Numbered from the stretch's first letter, positions 9,903 to 20,744 are shown. The stretch is 64,000 nucleotides of DNA from an uncultured Chloroflexia bacterium (GCA_963726215.1 CAVSBU010000012.1:6018-70017); one strand, 5' to 3'. Made by a program: numbers and translations. Notes: generated by a model from the letters alone, not told the origin.

Positions 9903-10700
9903 CCTTTTTTACACTTGCTGGCGCCAGTTGCTTGGTCCGATAACGCCACATTCTAATAACCAGCCAGGGCACTGTTACCACCAGTACTATTATGCCGATC
10001 AATTGAGCCTGCTGCAGACCGAAAATAGAGGAAAGGTTCTCCCACACGCACAAACCGTATGCTCAGGTCGCCGGCAGCATAAAGCGCCAGGTAAAGCAGA
10101 AAGAGCGAGCCCTGTGGCTTGAGCCTACGACGCAGTGACCAGAGTATGCCAAATCCTATCAAATTCCAGAGCATGATGATAAATCTGTGTCGGCTGGAAT
10201 GATTCACCAAGTGGACAGAAACTGGCTGGATTTGTATAAACCACGCCCCAGGGCAAGGAAGTAGGTAGCCCATAACAGCAGCCATTCAGGAGACAGCCAA
10301 TCCTGCCTATAGCCTGTCCTACAATCGCCCCCGGAGCCACAACATCACCTATTTGCCAGAAGGAGAGCTTCTTAGCCCAGCAATAAATCAGCACCGCTAT
10401 CAAAGCACCCAGAACTGCTCCGTAAACGGTTAAACCTGCAAAACCAATTATCTGCCTGGGATTAGCCATATAATAATCCCATTTGTCAATGACATGAAGC
10501 AGTCGGGATACTAAAATACCGCCAATGATCCCCCACAAGGCGACATTGTAGATGTGCTCTTCAGATATACCAACACGTCTCGCCTCCAGCACAGCTAGGG
10601 CAATGACTGCCACCACCGCCAGGACAACCATAATGCCGTACCACCTCACATCGAGAGCACCGATGCTGAAGGCAACTGGATTAATATTAATAGTAATCAT
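9871..10700 (-). CDS. lgt: prolipoprotein diacylglyceryl transferase (two frame interruptions)
   Basis: Fragments 10125-10700, 9953-10285 and 9871-10053. Polytopic membrane protein with GRIGCLLNGCCYG and PTQIYH-like Lgt motifs. Confidence 0.85.
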
Positions 10701-10711
10701 TTTTTCCTTCC

Positions 10712-11623
10712 TTAGTTGCGAAAAACTGCAGTGACAAAGGTGTTGGCGTCGAATGGCGCCATATCACCAAGCTGCTCACCAGTTCCAATATAGGTAATAG
10801 GAATCTTCAACTCATCACATATCGATAGCACTATACCACCTTTGGCAGTGCCATCAAGCTTAGCCAGAAAAATCCCATTGACTCCCACCGCTTCAGTGAA
10901 ATGCCTGGCCTGAGCCAGACCATTCTGACCCGTGGTGGCATCAATCACCAATAGCACTTCCTGAGGCAACTCGTACTTGCTGACTACGCGCTTAATCTTT
11001 TTAAGCTCCTCCATCAAATTAAACTTGGTATGGAGACGGCCGGCGGTGTCAATTATTACCACCTGAGCCCGCCTGTTCTGAGCTGCCTGAATGGCATCAT
11101 AGACCACTGCTCCCGGGTCTCCGCCCGGCTGATGAGCCACAACCTCTACGCCCACCCTTTCACCCCATCGCTTAAGCTGGTCAATAGCCGCAGCCCTGAA
11201 GGTATCAGCAGCTGCCAGAATAACCTTTTTACCCTCATTCTTGAGACTTAGGGCAAGCTTGGCAATGCTTGTCGTCTTGCCGGAACCATTTACCCCGACT
11301 ACCAGAATTGCGTAGAGACTAACTGAATTGGAAACAGCCGCCGCTCTGGATTCAACTGTCAACAGGCTAACCATCTCCTCTTCCAAAGCCGCACGTACTT
11401 GTGCTGCTTCATTTAGCTTCTCTGTTTTAACTCGTTGTTTCACCCTTTCTATTAGTTTTTGTGTGGTGGCAACACCAACATCTGCGGCAATCAGCAACTC
11501 CTCAAGCTCATCCCAGACCGTATCTTCAACTCTGGCCTGGTCAAAAAGCTTGGCAATCTTGCCAAACCAGGTTTCCCGGCTACGCTTCACAGCCTGTTGG
11601 GTTACAACTAACGTATCTGGCAT
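10712..11623 (-). CDS. ftsY: signal recognition particle receptor FtsY
   Basis: ORF 10712-11644, probable start ATG at 11623. It carries the SRP GTPase motifs GVNGSGKTTSIAKLA, DTAGRLH and LAKLDGTAKGG. Confidence 0.9.
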   Translation of the reverse strand: MPDTLVVTQQAVKRSRETWFGKIAKLFDQARVEDTVWDELEELLIAADVGVATTQKLIERVKQRVKTEKLNEAAQVRAALEEEMVSLLTVESRAAAVSNSVSLYAILVVGVNGSGKTTSIAKLALSLKNEGKKVILAAADTFRAAAIDQLKRWGERVGVEVVAHQPGGDPGAVVYDAIQAAQNRRAQVVIIDTAGRLHTKFNLMEELKKIKRVVSKYELPQEVLLVIDATTGQNGLAQARHFTEAVGVNGIFLAKLDGTAKGGIVLSICDELKIPITYIGTGEQLGDMAPFDANTFVTAVFRN

Positions 11624-11718
11624 ATCAGCACCACAACTTAACAAATCTCACGAATATTAGCACACAGGTCGAGAATGGGCAAAACGATTAAACAAAGGCT
11701 GTTAAACAATTCATGTCT

Positions 11719-11745
11719 GTCATTGCGACGCGAAGCGTGGCAATC
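11719..11745. repeat. single unit of the dispersed repeat family
   Basis: GTCATTGCGACGCGAAGCGTGGCAATC shares the GTCAYY...GCGAAGCG core with the units at 7991, 12939 and 20762. Confidence 0.5.
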
Positions 11746-11750
11746 TAAAG

Positions 11751-12381
11751 TTAATGGTCTGTTTCGTCGTGATTATGCTGGTCGCCACCCAAAAAGAAAT
11801 GAGCATATACTATATCGCTGAAGCAGCAAAGGAGCCAAACTGCAAGAAATAGAAACAAGAAGATCAAAAGGAAGTAAAGGAAGCCAGTTCGCCACACCAA
11901 ATGCGGTGAAATAGAATAGAGATGCCCATGTACTCAAAAAGATATGTGCCGCATGTGGAATTTAGTTGTGGGTCGCAGATAACCTATGGCAATACCCAGA
12001 AATGCCGCAGGATTTACCAGCCACCACTCTTCAATAAAACCTAAGTGAAATTCTATCGCGATTCTAAGTGACTCTCCGCCCAGATAAGGAATTATGGCGT
12101 CAGTTAATGTAGCTATGCCCACCGAGCCGGTATAGCCGATCAAAATCGCCGCCCAAAGCTTACCCGTGCTGATACCGCTTATACATCGCAGTGGTCACAA
12201 TGGCACTGAACAACACATGGGCTGGATGTAAAACGTAAAAAATAACTTCCGAGACATGAGGCAAGACATTGGTGAATATCAGAATAGTCATTATGACAAT
12301 GCCAGAGAGCGCTCCAGCAGCGGTAAATGGGGCGTGCCTGGCTAATTCAATTCCTATTCTTCTTAGCATAGCTGGCACCAA
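11751..12381 (-). CDS. putative metal-transport membrane protein (several frame interruptions)
   Basis: Fragments 12160-12381 and 11934-12143 plus two more frames down to 11751. It has duplicated motifs LHPAHVLFSA and PHAAHIFLST and a His-rich end, DIVYAHFFLGGDQHNHDETDH. It lies immediately downstream of a Fur-family gene. Confidence 0.5.
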
Positions 12382-12408
12382 ACAAAACAGGGCCGGCGAA
12401 TTGCAAAT

Positions 12409-12833
12409 TTAACTTTGGCAATTAGAGCAAATGCCGGAAAACTCAGAGAAGTGCTGCTCCGAGTGAAAACCCAAATCCTGGGCGATCTCGCTTTCTCCTC
12501 TTCACAAAGCGCCTTATCGGCAAACTCCTTAAGCGCACCACACTCCGGCACACCATAAAGCGATGGCAACCCTCTTTTTCACCCAGACTACACTTCACAA
12601 ACCCATTCAACAACAGCACCTTGTGTGCTAAATTAAGGTCGCAGAACAAATCAAGTATGCGGTAGATAGTGACATGGTTCAGGTGCTCACCTTTCTTCCA
12701 GAATATCCTGTATGTCATAAGGTGAGACAGGCTCTTGCGCCTCCTCCAGAACCCTGAGCACTTGCTTCCGAGGCTGCGTCACTTTATAGCCACTAGCTCG
12801 AAGAACCTGTATCGCACGTTGAAACTCAGACAT
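12409..12833 (-). CDS. Fur-family metalloregulator, Fur/Zur-like (two frame interruptions)
   Basis: Fragments 12687-12920, 12443-12718 and 12363-12569. The sequence starts MSEFQRAIQVLRASGYKVTQPRKQVLRVLEE... and continues to ...HVTIYRILDLFCDLNLAHK. The CxxC pairs are recovered as ...CRSCGALKEF... and ...GICSNCQS. Confidence 0.8.
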
Positions 12834-12862
12834 AACAGAATCTATTATAAGTATCCTATTGT

Positions 12863-12883
12863 TAATGCAATAATATTGCATTA
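12863..12883. promoter_or_regulatory. 21-bp perfect palindrome, candidate Fur/Zur-type operator
   Basis: TAATGCAATA-A-TATTGCATTA, AT-rich, 30 nt upstream of the Fur-family start codon (12833). Confidence 0.5.
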
Positions 12884-12938
12884 GCAATGCTATCATTCGG
12901 AAATTCAAACGACGAGTCAAGCTCCCAGCCTCTTCTCT

Positions 12939-13051
12939 GTCATCGCGAGGGGCGCTAGCCGCGCGATTATCTGAGCAATAAAGATTGCAGCTTTCCTGAG
13001 CTATTAGATTCTTCGCTCGTCGAGTGATGAATCTTGCACAGCTCGAATGAC
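12939..13051. repeat. composite palindromic intergenic repeat (same family)
   Basis: Forward unit GTCATCGCGAGG (12939-12950), internal GATTCTTCGCTCG (13007-13019), reverse unit GCTCGAATGAC (13041-13051). Confidence 0.55.
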
Positions 13052-13068
13052 AAGGGAAATATAAGAGG

Positions 13069-15352
13069 TTACTTTATGCCCAGCAGTCCATGAAGCAAGA
13101 TAATGGCTGCTTTCTTATCCAGAGGCTCGTTATTGTTGCCGCATTTTGGCGACTGGATGCAGCTAGGGCAGCCTTCCTGACACGGGCATTCCTCGATGGC
13201 TTCCAGGGTTGCTGCCCATAGCTCTTCCATCATCTCGAAACCCTTGGCGGCAATGCCGATGCCACCCGGATAGGCATCGTAGATAAAGATTTGTGCCCGT
13301 CCAGTGTCAGGATGAAACGGAGTAGAGACGCCACCGATGTCATTGCGGTCACACAAGGCAAACAGAGGCAACATAGCGATAGCCGCATGTTCGACAGCAT
13401 GCAAGCCGCCGGCAAAATCAAGTCCAGCTTCAGCAACTTCCTTAATCGCTTCCTCCGGCAAGTCGAACCACAGAGCCTGGGTAAGAAAACGCAGGGGCGG
13501 CAAGTCTAGAGGTTCGTCACCGATTACCTCCTCCGTAAACTGCATTTTCTTTTTGAAGCCAACCACGTTGTTGGTGACATCGACTTCACCAAGGCAGACT
13601 TTTATGCCCAGGCAACTTCTTTCGCGCTCCGTCTTCAGAATCCGGATATCAATTAATTCCTTGGTCTGCGTGTAATAAGGAACATCGGTCGGCGCCACTA
13701 CAGCCACTCGATTCTCGATATCAAGTTCTTTCACCAAATAAGACTCACCTTGATGGAGATAAATAGCTCCAGGATGTATCTGGAAAAAGGCAACGCTGGC
13801 CTCTACTGTCTCCATCAACTGGTAGCCTTGAGAGGCATCGATAACGGCGTAATTCTTACCCGAAGTAGACCTGATATTAATATCCTGTGCCGGATGGGAA
13901 ATTCTAGGGGAAATATACCACCGCCCGCCGCTTTTTCTAAGCTTCCCTTCTACTTCCAACTCGGAAGCTGCTCTATCGAAAGCAGCACCAAAAAACAAAG
14001 CATCATCATCAGCCAAAGGCTGCTCCCAGGCAGCACAAAGAAGATGAGGCTTCAGAATATTGATGTTCTCCGAGTTTATCAGTGCATTTTCAAAACTTTT
14101 ACCAAAAAATGACTCTGGGTGGTGCATAAAATATTGGTCTAGCGGATTATCCTGAGCAATAAGAAAGCTAAGAGAGTCGTTTATCCCCCGGCCGCTTCGT
14201 CCTGCCTGCTGCCAGGTGCTGGCAATGCTTCCCGGATAGCCAACAAGCACGGTGGCTTCCAGGTCACCGATATCAATCCCTAATTCCAAAGCAGTGGTAG
14301 CCACTACGCCAAGAAGTTGTCCGCCAAATAATTCCCGTTCAATCTGTCGTCTATCTTCAGGTAGATAACCCGCTCGATAGGGCTTAATTAGCAGGCCCAG
14401 AGAAGCACCCAGTTGTTCCCGGCTATAAATATAGATAAGCTCGGTCAATCTGCGGGTCCGGGTGAAAACCAGACTGCGGATATTGCTTCGGATAAGCTCG
14501 GTAAAGAGAAAAGTGGCTTCGCTGTTGGAGCTGTGCCGCCCCGTACCGGTCTCATCAATAAGCGGCGGATTCCAGAAAATAAAAGATTTACCACCGTGAG
14601 GCGAACCATCCTCGCTGATTATGTCAAAAGGCAACCGGACCAGATTTTCGGCATGCTCTTTAGGATTGGCAATAGTCGCCGAGCAACAAATAAACTGCGG
14701 GATTAGAGCCGTAAGAGGCACACAGGCGGCGAAGCCGGCGCATAATATTGGCTACATGAGAGCCGAATACTCCGCGATAGACGTGAGCCTCATCTATCAC
14801 CACGTATTTCAAGTTGCGAAACAATCTTGACCAGGACTTATGATTGGGCAAAATGCCCACATGAAGCATATCAGGATTGGTGAGCACAACTTTAGCTTGC
14901 CTTTTTATGCCGGCTCGCTCCGATTGCGGTGTATCACCATCAAACGTAGCACAGCCCCCGGATGAAACAAGCTCAGGACAACCCAGCTCTTTTAAGCTTC
15001 GCAGCTGGTCCTGAGCCAAAGCCTTTGTCGGGAAAAGGTACAGAGCCCGGCTGCTCGGGTCTTCTAAAATCGCCTCTAATACCGGCAGGTTATAGCACAA
15101 TGTCTTACCGCTGGCGCTGGCTGTGGCTACCATTACATTCTTACCGCAGCGTGCAGCATTAACCGCCATCGCTTGATGAGTATACAACGAGGATATGCCC
15201 AGGGATTCAAGATGCGCCTGTAAAGCAGGATGTAAGGGCTTATCTAACTTTCCAACAGAGGCAATACGCGGCGCAATGCGTTCGGTGTGGACAATCTGTT
15301 GTCTATAATCTGGTAAAGTCAGAAGGTGGTGAAGGAAGGCATCAACATACAT
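13069..15352 (-). CDS. DEAD/DEAH-box helicase with C-terminal DUF1998 domain, MrfA/YprA-like (frame interrupted)
   Basis: Fragments 14660-15352 and 13069-14721. Evidence is ATASASGKT, the DEAH box VVIDEAHVYRG, QQAGRSGR, and the C-terminal Cys cluster CPCQEGCPSCIQSPKCGNNNEPLDK. Confidence 0.85.
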
Positions 15353-15376
15353 TCAAATCGGTTCAATGTGCGTAAG

Positions 15377-15670
15377 CTAAGGGCCAGATAGAATCTCAGT
15401 CTGATGGTCTACGATTTCCAGCTCCGGGTAATTATTAATAATAAAACTCATCACCTTGGATAAGGTTTCATCGATATGCTGGCTGTGGTTGCTGACGCAG
15501 GCTATGCCCAAAGTTACCAACTGCCACAAATCCTGGTCATCTACTTCAGCTATTGAGATATTGTACTGGTTTCTTAGTCGAGAGACAACAGACTTCACTA
15601 TCCGTCTTTTATCTTTAAGTGACCGACTCTCTGAAATATGAAGTTTTATCCGGCAAATACCAACATTCAT
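15377..15670 (-). CDS. DUF503 (YlxP-like) protein
   Basis: 97-aa ORF reading MNVGICRIKLHISESRSLKDKRRIVKSVVSRLRNQYNISIAEVDDQDLWQ, the DUF503 pattern. Confidence 0.75.
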   Translation of the reverse strand: MNVGICRIKLHISESRSLKDKRRIVKSVVSRLRNQYNISIAEVDDQDLWQLVTLGIACVSNHSQHIDETLSKVMSFIINNYPELEIVDHQTEILSGP

Positions 15671-15753
15671 TTCTGGAGAAGAAAGTGCTGATAAATGAGA
15701 GTATAAAAAATCCCTCTCAGCGGGGAGACTGCCGAGAGGGATATCGGGCTATT

Positions 15754-16047
15754 TTAGCGACTCTGCTTCACTTCCGCGTAGCAGGTACTACAATAAATAG
15801 GGCGGTCATCTCTCGGTTCGAAAGGCACCTCGCATTCAGCGCCACATTTGGCACATGTTGCTTGATGCATTGTCCTGGGTTGACCATAGCCCCGGTAGCG
15901 ACTCTGTCGCCTAGTTGCCCGGCACTCCGGGCAGCGACTAGGCTCGTTCTGTAGCCCTCGTGACTTGTAAAACTCTTGTTCACCCACGGTAAAAGTGAAG
16001 TTACTACCGCAGTCTTTACAAGTCAAAGTCTTGTCCGCTAGAGCCAT
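15754..16047 (-). CDS. CxxC-x17-CxxC zinc-ribbon protein (zf-trcl-like)
   Basis: The sequence is LTCKDCGSNFTFTVGEQEFYKSRGLQNEPSRCPECR, with a second half-repeat ATCAKCGAECEVPFEPRDDRPIYCSTCY. Confidence 0.7.
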   Translation of the reverse strand: MALADKTLTCKDCGSNFTFTVGEQEFYKSRGLQNEPSRCPECRATRRQSRYRGYGQPRTMHQATCAKCGAECEVPFEPRDDRPIYCSTCYAEVKQSR

Positions 16048-16252
16048 CTATGCCTCCTTATAAAAGTTATGCCCTGTTTCTGTTGCAGTCTCTAACGGCT
16101 CAAGACCTCTACATACACTGCCAAGATGAATGCTCCGGCACGCTGGTCTCCCCACTATAAGAGGAAGCCGAGCTAGGAAACGGCACCAGCCAGGTTTTTG
16201 CATACATGAACTAGTGTAGTTTATAATATGCGTCAAGTCAAGTCATAGCTAA

Positions 16253-16823
16253 ATGGAGTTTGGTAGTATGTCAGACAATACTGAACAAAGTCGTCAGCGA
16301 GTGAGAGCCACAGTAAGCCTGGTAGCCGGCATCCTGATTGGGCTTACTTTTTTGATATCAGGCAGCGGTAAAGTATTCGGTTACGGTGAGATGCCTGGCC
16401 AAACCATGCAATTCATCGGTGCCATTCTCCCGGATGCCTGGCTGACTCCGCAGATTGGCTCTTTTCATGGGCGACATATTCTTCCCCTACATTATCCCGT
16501 GGACAGAGCTATGCTTAGGCATACTTCTTCTCCTGCGTATCTGGCCACGCTTCTTCGCCGCCATCACATTGCCATTAACCGCAGCCTTTATGGCCAATAA
16601 CGCCTGGTACATCAGCCAGGGGCAGACTAAATTCACTTCCTGCGAATGCTTTGGCATATGGGAAAAGCTGTTCGGCACACTGACACATGTTCAATCGCTC
16701 TCGCTAGACATTATACTTTTTGCCCTGGCTCTGACAATAGTACTCGTCCATCCTGGCGATTTCTTGTCTTCGCCGCCGTGGTTGGCCAAGATACAGAAAG
16801 GAACTAAAAGGCAAAAAAAATAG
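16253..16823 (+). CDS. MauE/DoxX-like membrane protein (frame interrupted)
   Basis: Fragments 16253-16600 and 16455-16823. There are four hydrophobic segments and a CECFG motif of the kind seen in MauE-type proteins. Moderate confidence. Confidence 0.5.
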
Positions 16824-16833
16824 AGGATATACC

Positions 16834-17537
16834 ATGAGACAATTTAGATTGAATATTTTATCGACGCACAATCGCGCCAGGTTAGTCATGTTACTCGCTA
16901 CTACAGCGCTGCTTCTGAGCAGTGCTTGTACACCACCGACTCCGCCACCCCACCCCCACCCCCACCAAATCAACCACCTGTTATCGAATCCATAACAGCC
17001 GAAAAAGAAATCCCCACTTTAGCGGAAACCCAGATAGTCTGCCAGGCTAGCGATGCTGATGGCGATACCTTGACATATCAGTGGTCGGCTGATGGCGGTA
17101 CTATTACAGGAGAAGGCAGCACTATCACCTGGGCCGCTCCCGACACCTCAGACAATTATACTATTAAAGTTACGGTATCCGATGGCAAAGGCGGTACTGT
17201 TACCCAATCGATAACTATAGCTGCCATAAATAAGCCCAACCAACCTCCAGTCGTTACCGGGCTGACAATAGACGGCGCTCCGCCAGTCAAAGAAAATACG
17301 GCCAGGCAATGGGTAACAAAAACCATTCACTGCAATGCTGAGGACCCGGATGGTGACAAGCTAAGTTACCTGTGGAGAGCTACCGGCGGCAAAATCACCG
17401 GAGAAGGTAGCACGGTTGGCTGGACTTCACCCGGCATTAACGGCGATTATACGGTCACCGTCGTGGTAAGCGATGGTAGAGATGGTAAGGCTGAGGGGTC
17501 CGTCGTGTTTAAGGTGCTTTGCTGCGGTAGAGGTTGA
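16834..17537 (+). CDS. secreted, lipobox-like protein with two PKD/Ig-like repeats and a C-terminal CCGRG (frame interrupted in a poly-C/Pro tract)
   Basis: SD GAGGA then ATG 16834. The signal is MRQFRLNILSTHNRARLVMLLATTALLLSSAC, followed by a Pro-rich linker. Two copies of D(A/P)DGD.L(T/S)Y.W.A.GG.ITGEGST..W..P follow, and the protein ends FKVLCCGRG. Confidence 0.7.
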
Positions 17538-17564
17538 AGCCATATCACGAGCTTTTACACTAAC

Positions 17565-18288
17565 TCATAAGGATACTAGCTTCACGTCACCCCACATGCC
17601 CATCCTATCGCCTTTAATTATAACAACACCGACCAGCCCTTGCATAGCCTTAACTTGTTCAATCACTGCATCGATATCGTCAGCAGTTATAACCTTGTTG
17701 CCAATGGCCGTAGCCGCAGCATCAGCCAGCGCCGTAGAATGGGAAAGGACAATTACGGCATCAGCAGCACCAAGGCTGAGGGAATGCCCCACAGTTCCTG
17801 AAGAAGTGCATATCCCCAAAGGCGTCTCCTCAGGATTTATCTCCAGGGCAATTTTGCCGGTAAACGGAGATTCACCGGCGTAAACACCAATCAAACTTGT
17901 TCTGCGAGACCTTCATAAAGATATCACCGCCATTTTCAACAATCACTTCGGGTGAATAGACAAGCAAGTCTCTGCCCACAGCCTCAGCAATAGCGCCAGC
18001 TACGGCTGCCATTGGCCCAACGCCCACTATCCCAGCAGCTTGTGCCATATCTCTAACAATGTCCGGGGCATCTTCGTCTACAGCATAAGGCTCCAGGCTA
18101 TGGAGAAAAAGTGGATGGCTTTCAATATACTCTTCCAGCGGTGTGCGGTGTTTGATGACGGCTTCTATGGCTTCGGCTTCAAGATTGCTTGCCGCTCGAA
18201 TATAGAGGTCGGTTTCCTTAACGATAACATTGAAGGAAACCAAACCATCGTCTTTAATCCAGCGGCGATAGGTCCTGGGCTGGTACAT
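17565..18288 (-). CDS. UPF0280/COG2122 (ApbE-superfamily) protein (frame interrupted)
   Basis: Fragments 17872-18288 and 17565-17894. Evidence is ETDLYIRA...GVGPMAAVAGAIAE...GICTSSGTVGHSLSLGAADAV, typical of UPF0280. Confidence 0.75.
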
Positions 18289-18702
18289 TCAGAAGTACAG
18301 CTCCATGGCTCGAGGCGGACAGGCTTTGATGCATAACTCGCAGACAACACACTTATTGTTGTCGAAAATCACCTTTCTGGTCTCCGGGTCGATGGAAAAA
18401 GCGCCCGTAGGGCACAAAGTAATGCAGGCACCGCAATGGGTACATCTTGATTCATTCCAAACCACGTCCTGGCTCAGCGACTGAATTTTTACGCCGGTTT
18501 CAGTCAGATACTTCACCCCCTTGTCATAGTTCCTCTGCTCTCCGGTCAATTCCATGACCAAAAGCCCCTCCTCCCCAGGGGTAACTGAAGCCTTAAGTAT
18601 ATTAAACTCCAGGTCAAAGTTCTTTACTAGCTTGTAGACTATGGGCTCGTTTGTTAAACGCTTCGGAAAGTGCAAAACTAGTCTCTTCGAAACAGTAGCC
18701 AT
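18289..18702 (-). CDS. NIL-domain / 2x[4Fe-4S] ferredoxin fusion (MA1822-type)
   Basis: The N-terminal NIL pattern is VLHFPKRLTNEPIVYKLVKNFDLEFNILKASV. It is followed by CTHCGACITLCP and CVVCELCIKACP. Confidence 0.85.
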   Translation of the reverse strand: MATVSKRLVLHFPKRLTNEPIVYKLVKNFDLEFNILKASVTPGEEGLLVMELTGEQRNYDKGVKYLTETGVKIQSLSQDVVWNESRCTHCGACITLCPTGAFSIDPETRKVIFDNNKCVVCELCIKACPPRAMELYF

Positions 18703-18717
18703 CTTCTCACTCCTTCA

Positions 18718-19924
18718 CTACAGAATCGGACGCTCCTCAAGCGGCTTGAAGACTATCCCCGATTCAACGCCGGGCAAGGGTGCCACCGGCTCAGTCAGCA
18801 AGAACTCACCCTTCTTAATCCACTCCTTCAAAATGCCGGCTATTTTCACGGCTCCCGGATAGCTGGACAGAGAAGCAGTCGGGACTTCCTGCCCCTGAAT
18901 CTTTATCGTCCCGCTCTTGAGCTCAGCATAGCTGACCTCTGCCAGAATGTCCGGTTTTCTCTGGGGATAAGCTTCAGCATAGTCAACCACAGGCGCAAAA
19001 ATCTCGCCGTCGGTCACCATTGTATAGCGGAGTATCTCTTCAGACAGAATAGGTATCGGGACCCCGATGCCTACAGTCATGGTGCAGCCATAACCTAAGA
19101 AACTCGTGCCCACTAGCCATTCAGGTTTCATTTGCTTCAAGTCTCCGATAACGGCTAATGTCCCGGCCCCTCTCTTCGGAACACCATTATCTCCCCGCAG
19201 AACATTGGGATTATGCTGAGTACCCTGCCAGGCAACATAGCCAATGCCGCCACCCAGAAATATCTTGGTGCCGATGCCGATGGTTTTATAATAGGGGTCA
19301 TTAAATAGCGGAGAAAGCTGACCGGAAGTAGAATAATTGGCATTGCCCAGCTTCGGCTTGAGCACCCCCATGTAAGTATAAATGGTCCGGTCAGACAGGT
19401 TCACCGCCACATTGTAATTCTGATAGGCGTTCCTCACATTAAATAAAACTGCCTCATTCATGTCCTTGATATTAATCAATGGTCTCCAGCTTCCGTCTGG
19501 GATAGCAATCGGTGCCATAGGCAGTAGCCACCAGTCTGACGTCCTTCCCGGCTACGAGTTCCTCGATTACATGTCCGCCGCCGTATCTGAACTCGCCGGG
19601 ATAGATTCTATTCTTGGGGTCGTCATCAGGCAGAGCTGTTGCCCCCAGGAAAATGTCTACAGCGGCTATTCCCGTATAGGCAGGGACATCATTTAGATAG
19701 ACCTTGCCTCCACCGAGCTTAATCCTCGGCTTGGTATGCCCGACGTTAAAATAAGCGCCCGAGGAGCACATAGGCCCGAAGGTGCCAGTAGTCACCACAT
19801 CAACTTCTTTAGCCGCCTGGCTGATACCCTTTTTCTTGGCGATATCAATTATTTCCTCAGCAGTAACTACTACCGCCTGACCTTTTTTGATTTTTTCATT
19901 GATTTCAGCAATAGTTTTTGCCAT
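18718..19924 (-). CDS. COG1900 homocysteine biosynthesis protein, MA1821-type (frame interrupted)
   Basis: Fragments 19472-19924 and 18718-19518. Evidence is [22 protein letters not shown]...[20 protein letters not shown], characteristic of DUF39/COG1900. Confidence 0.8.
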
Positions 19925-19937
19925 ATTGCCTCACCCC

Positions 19938-20744
19938 CTATCGCTTAGTTTTCTTTAGCAAATCCATAGCCAGTTCTGCGACTTTTCTGCCCGATAGCAG
20001 CATGCCCCCGAATATTGCCCCCATACGGGGACCGCCGAAGACAGCGTTGGCTGCCATGCCGGTGACCAGAAGCCCGGGACAAACCTGTCTGGTGTTTTCA
20101 ATAATCTCCTTTTCACCAGCCTCCGCCCACATCGACTTCTCACCGCAAACCACCACTCCGGCTCCAGTTTTTCTGCTCACTATGCGGCAGACTTCAGCAT
20201 CATGGCCCGTGGCATCTATTACCAGCTTAGACCTTATCGCTAGCGGGTCGACATGCAGATTCGCCAGAGATACGGCGCTCCAGTTCAGCACCAGCCCGGT
20301 TATTCTGTCATTCTCGCGAATCATCACATCCTCAACGCTCAGCAAATTGAATATCCTGACTCCGGCCTTTATGCACCGGGAGCAAAGCGTTGATACTGCC
20401 TCAACGGCATCAGCGACATAATATCCTTTTTCATACTGCTTGGCCGAAATGCCCAGCTCATCCAGAATCTCTTTTGCCTCACTCTGAACCACAATGCGGT
20501 TAAACATCATGCCGCCACCCCACATGCCACCACCAACGCTCAGTTTCCTTTCAAAGATAGCCACCTTCACCTTATTCTTCGCCAGATAATAGCCGGCAAC
20601 CATACCCGACGGCCCGGCTCCAGCTATAGCCACATCTACCTCCATAGAATCGAGCAGATCTTTCAGGTAACTCTCAGTTATCGCTTTAGATATAGTAACT
20701 TCATCCATTGTTGACACTCCTGGCTGCCCAGTCATTTCTGTCAA
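19938..20744 (-). CDS. thi4: thiazole synthase Thi4 family
   Basis: 268-aa ORF with the FAD motif [20 protein letters not shown], then [14 protein letters not shown] and [10 protein letters not shown]. Confidence 0.85.
   Translation of the reverse strand: MTEMTGQPGVSTMDEVTISKAITESYLKDLLDSMEVDVAIAGAGPSGMVAGYYLAKNKVKVAIFERKLSVGGGMWGGGMMFNRIVVQSEAKEILDELGISAKQYEKGYYVADAVEAVSTLCSRCIKAGVRIFNLLSVEDVMIRENDRITGLVLNWSAVSLANLHVDPLAIRSKLVIDATGHDAEVCRIVSRKTGAGVVVCGEKSMWAEAGEKEIIENTRQVCPGLLVTGMAANAVFGGPRMGAIFGGMLLSGRKVAELAMDLLKKTKR

Noticed and set aside
16704-16973. Minus-strand ORF with a WWGWGWGGG stretch
   Set aside because: It is the reverse complement of the poly-Pro linker of the PKD lipoprotein gene, so it is an artefact of the C/G-rich tract.
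19918-20421. 167-aa plus-strand ORF. Similar antisense ORFs occur at 45712-46206, 37494-37976, 58257-58682, 59914-60324 and 17473-17883.
   Set aside because: All lie antisense to confidently identified genes (thi4, pyrF, cysK/Rrf2, greA, lysS, UPF0280) and have no family resemblance.
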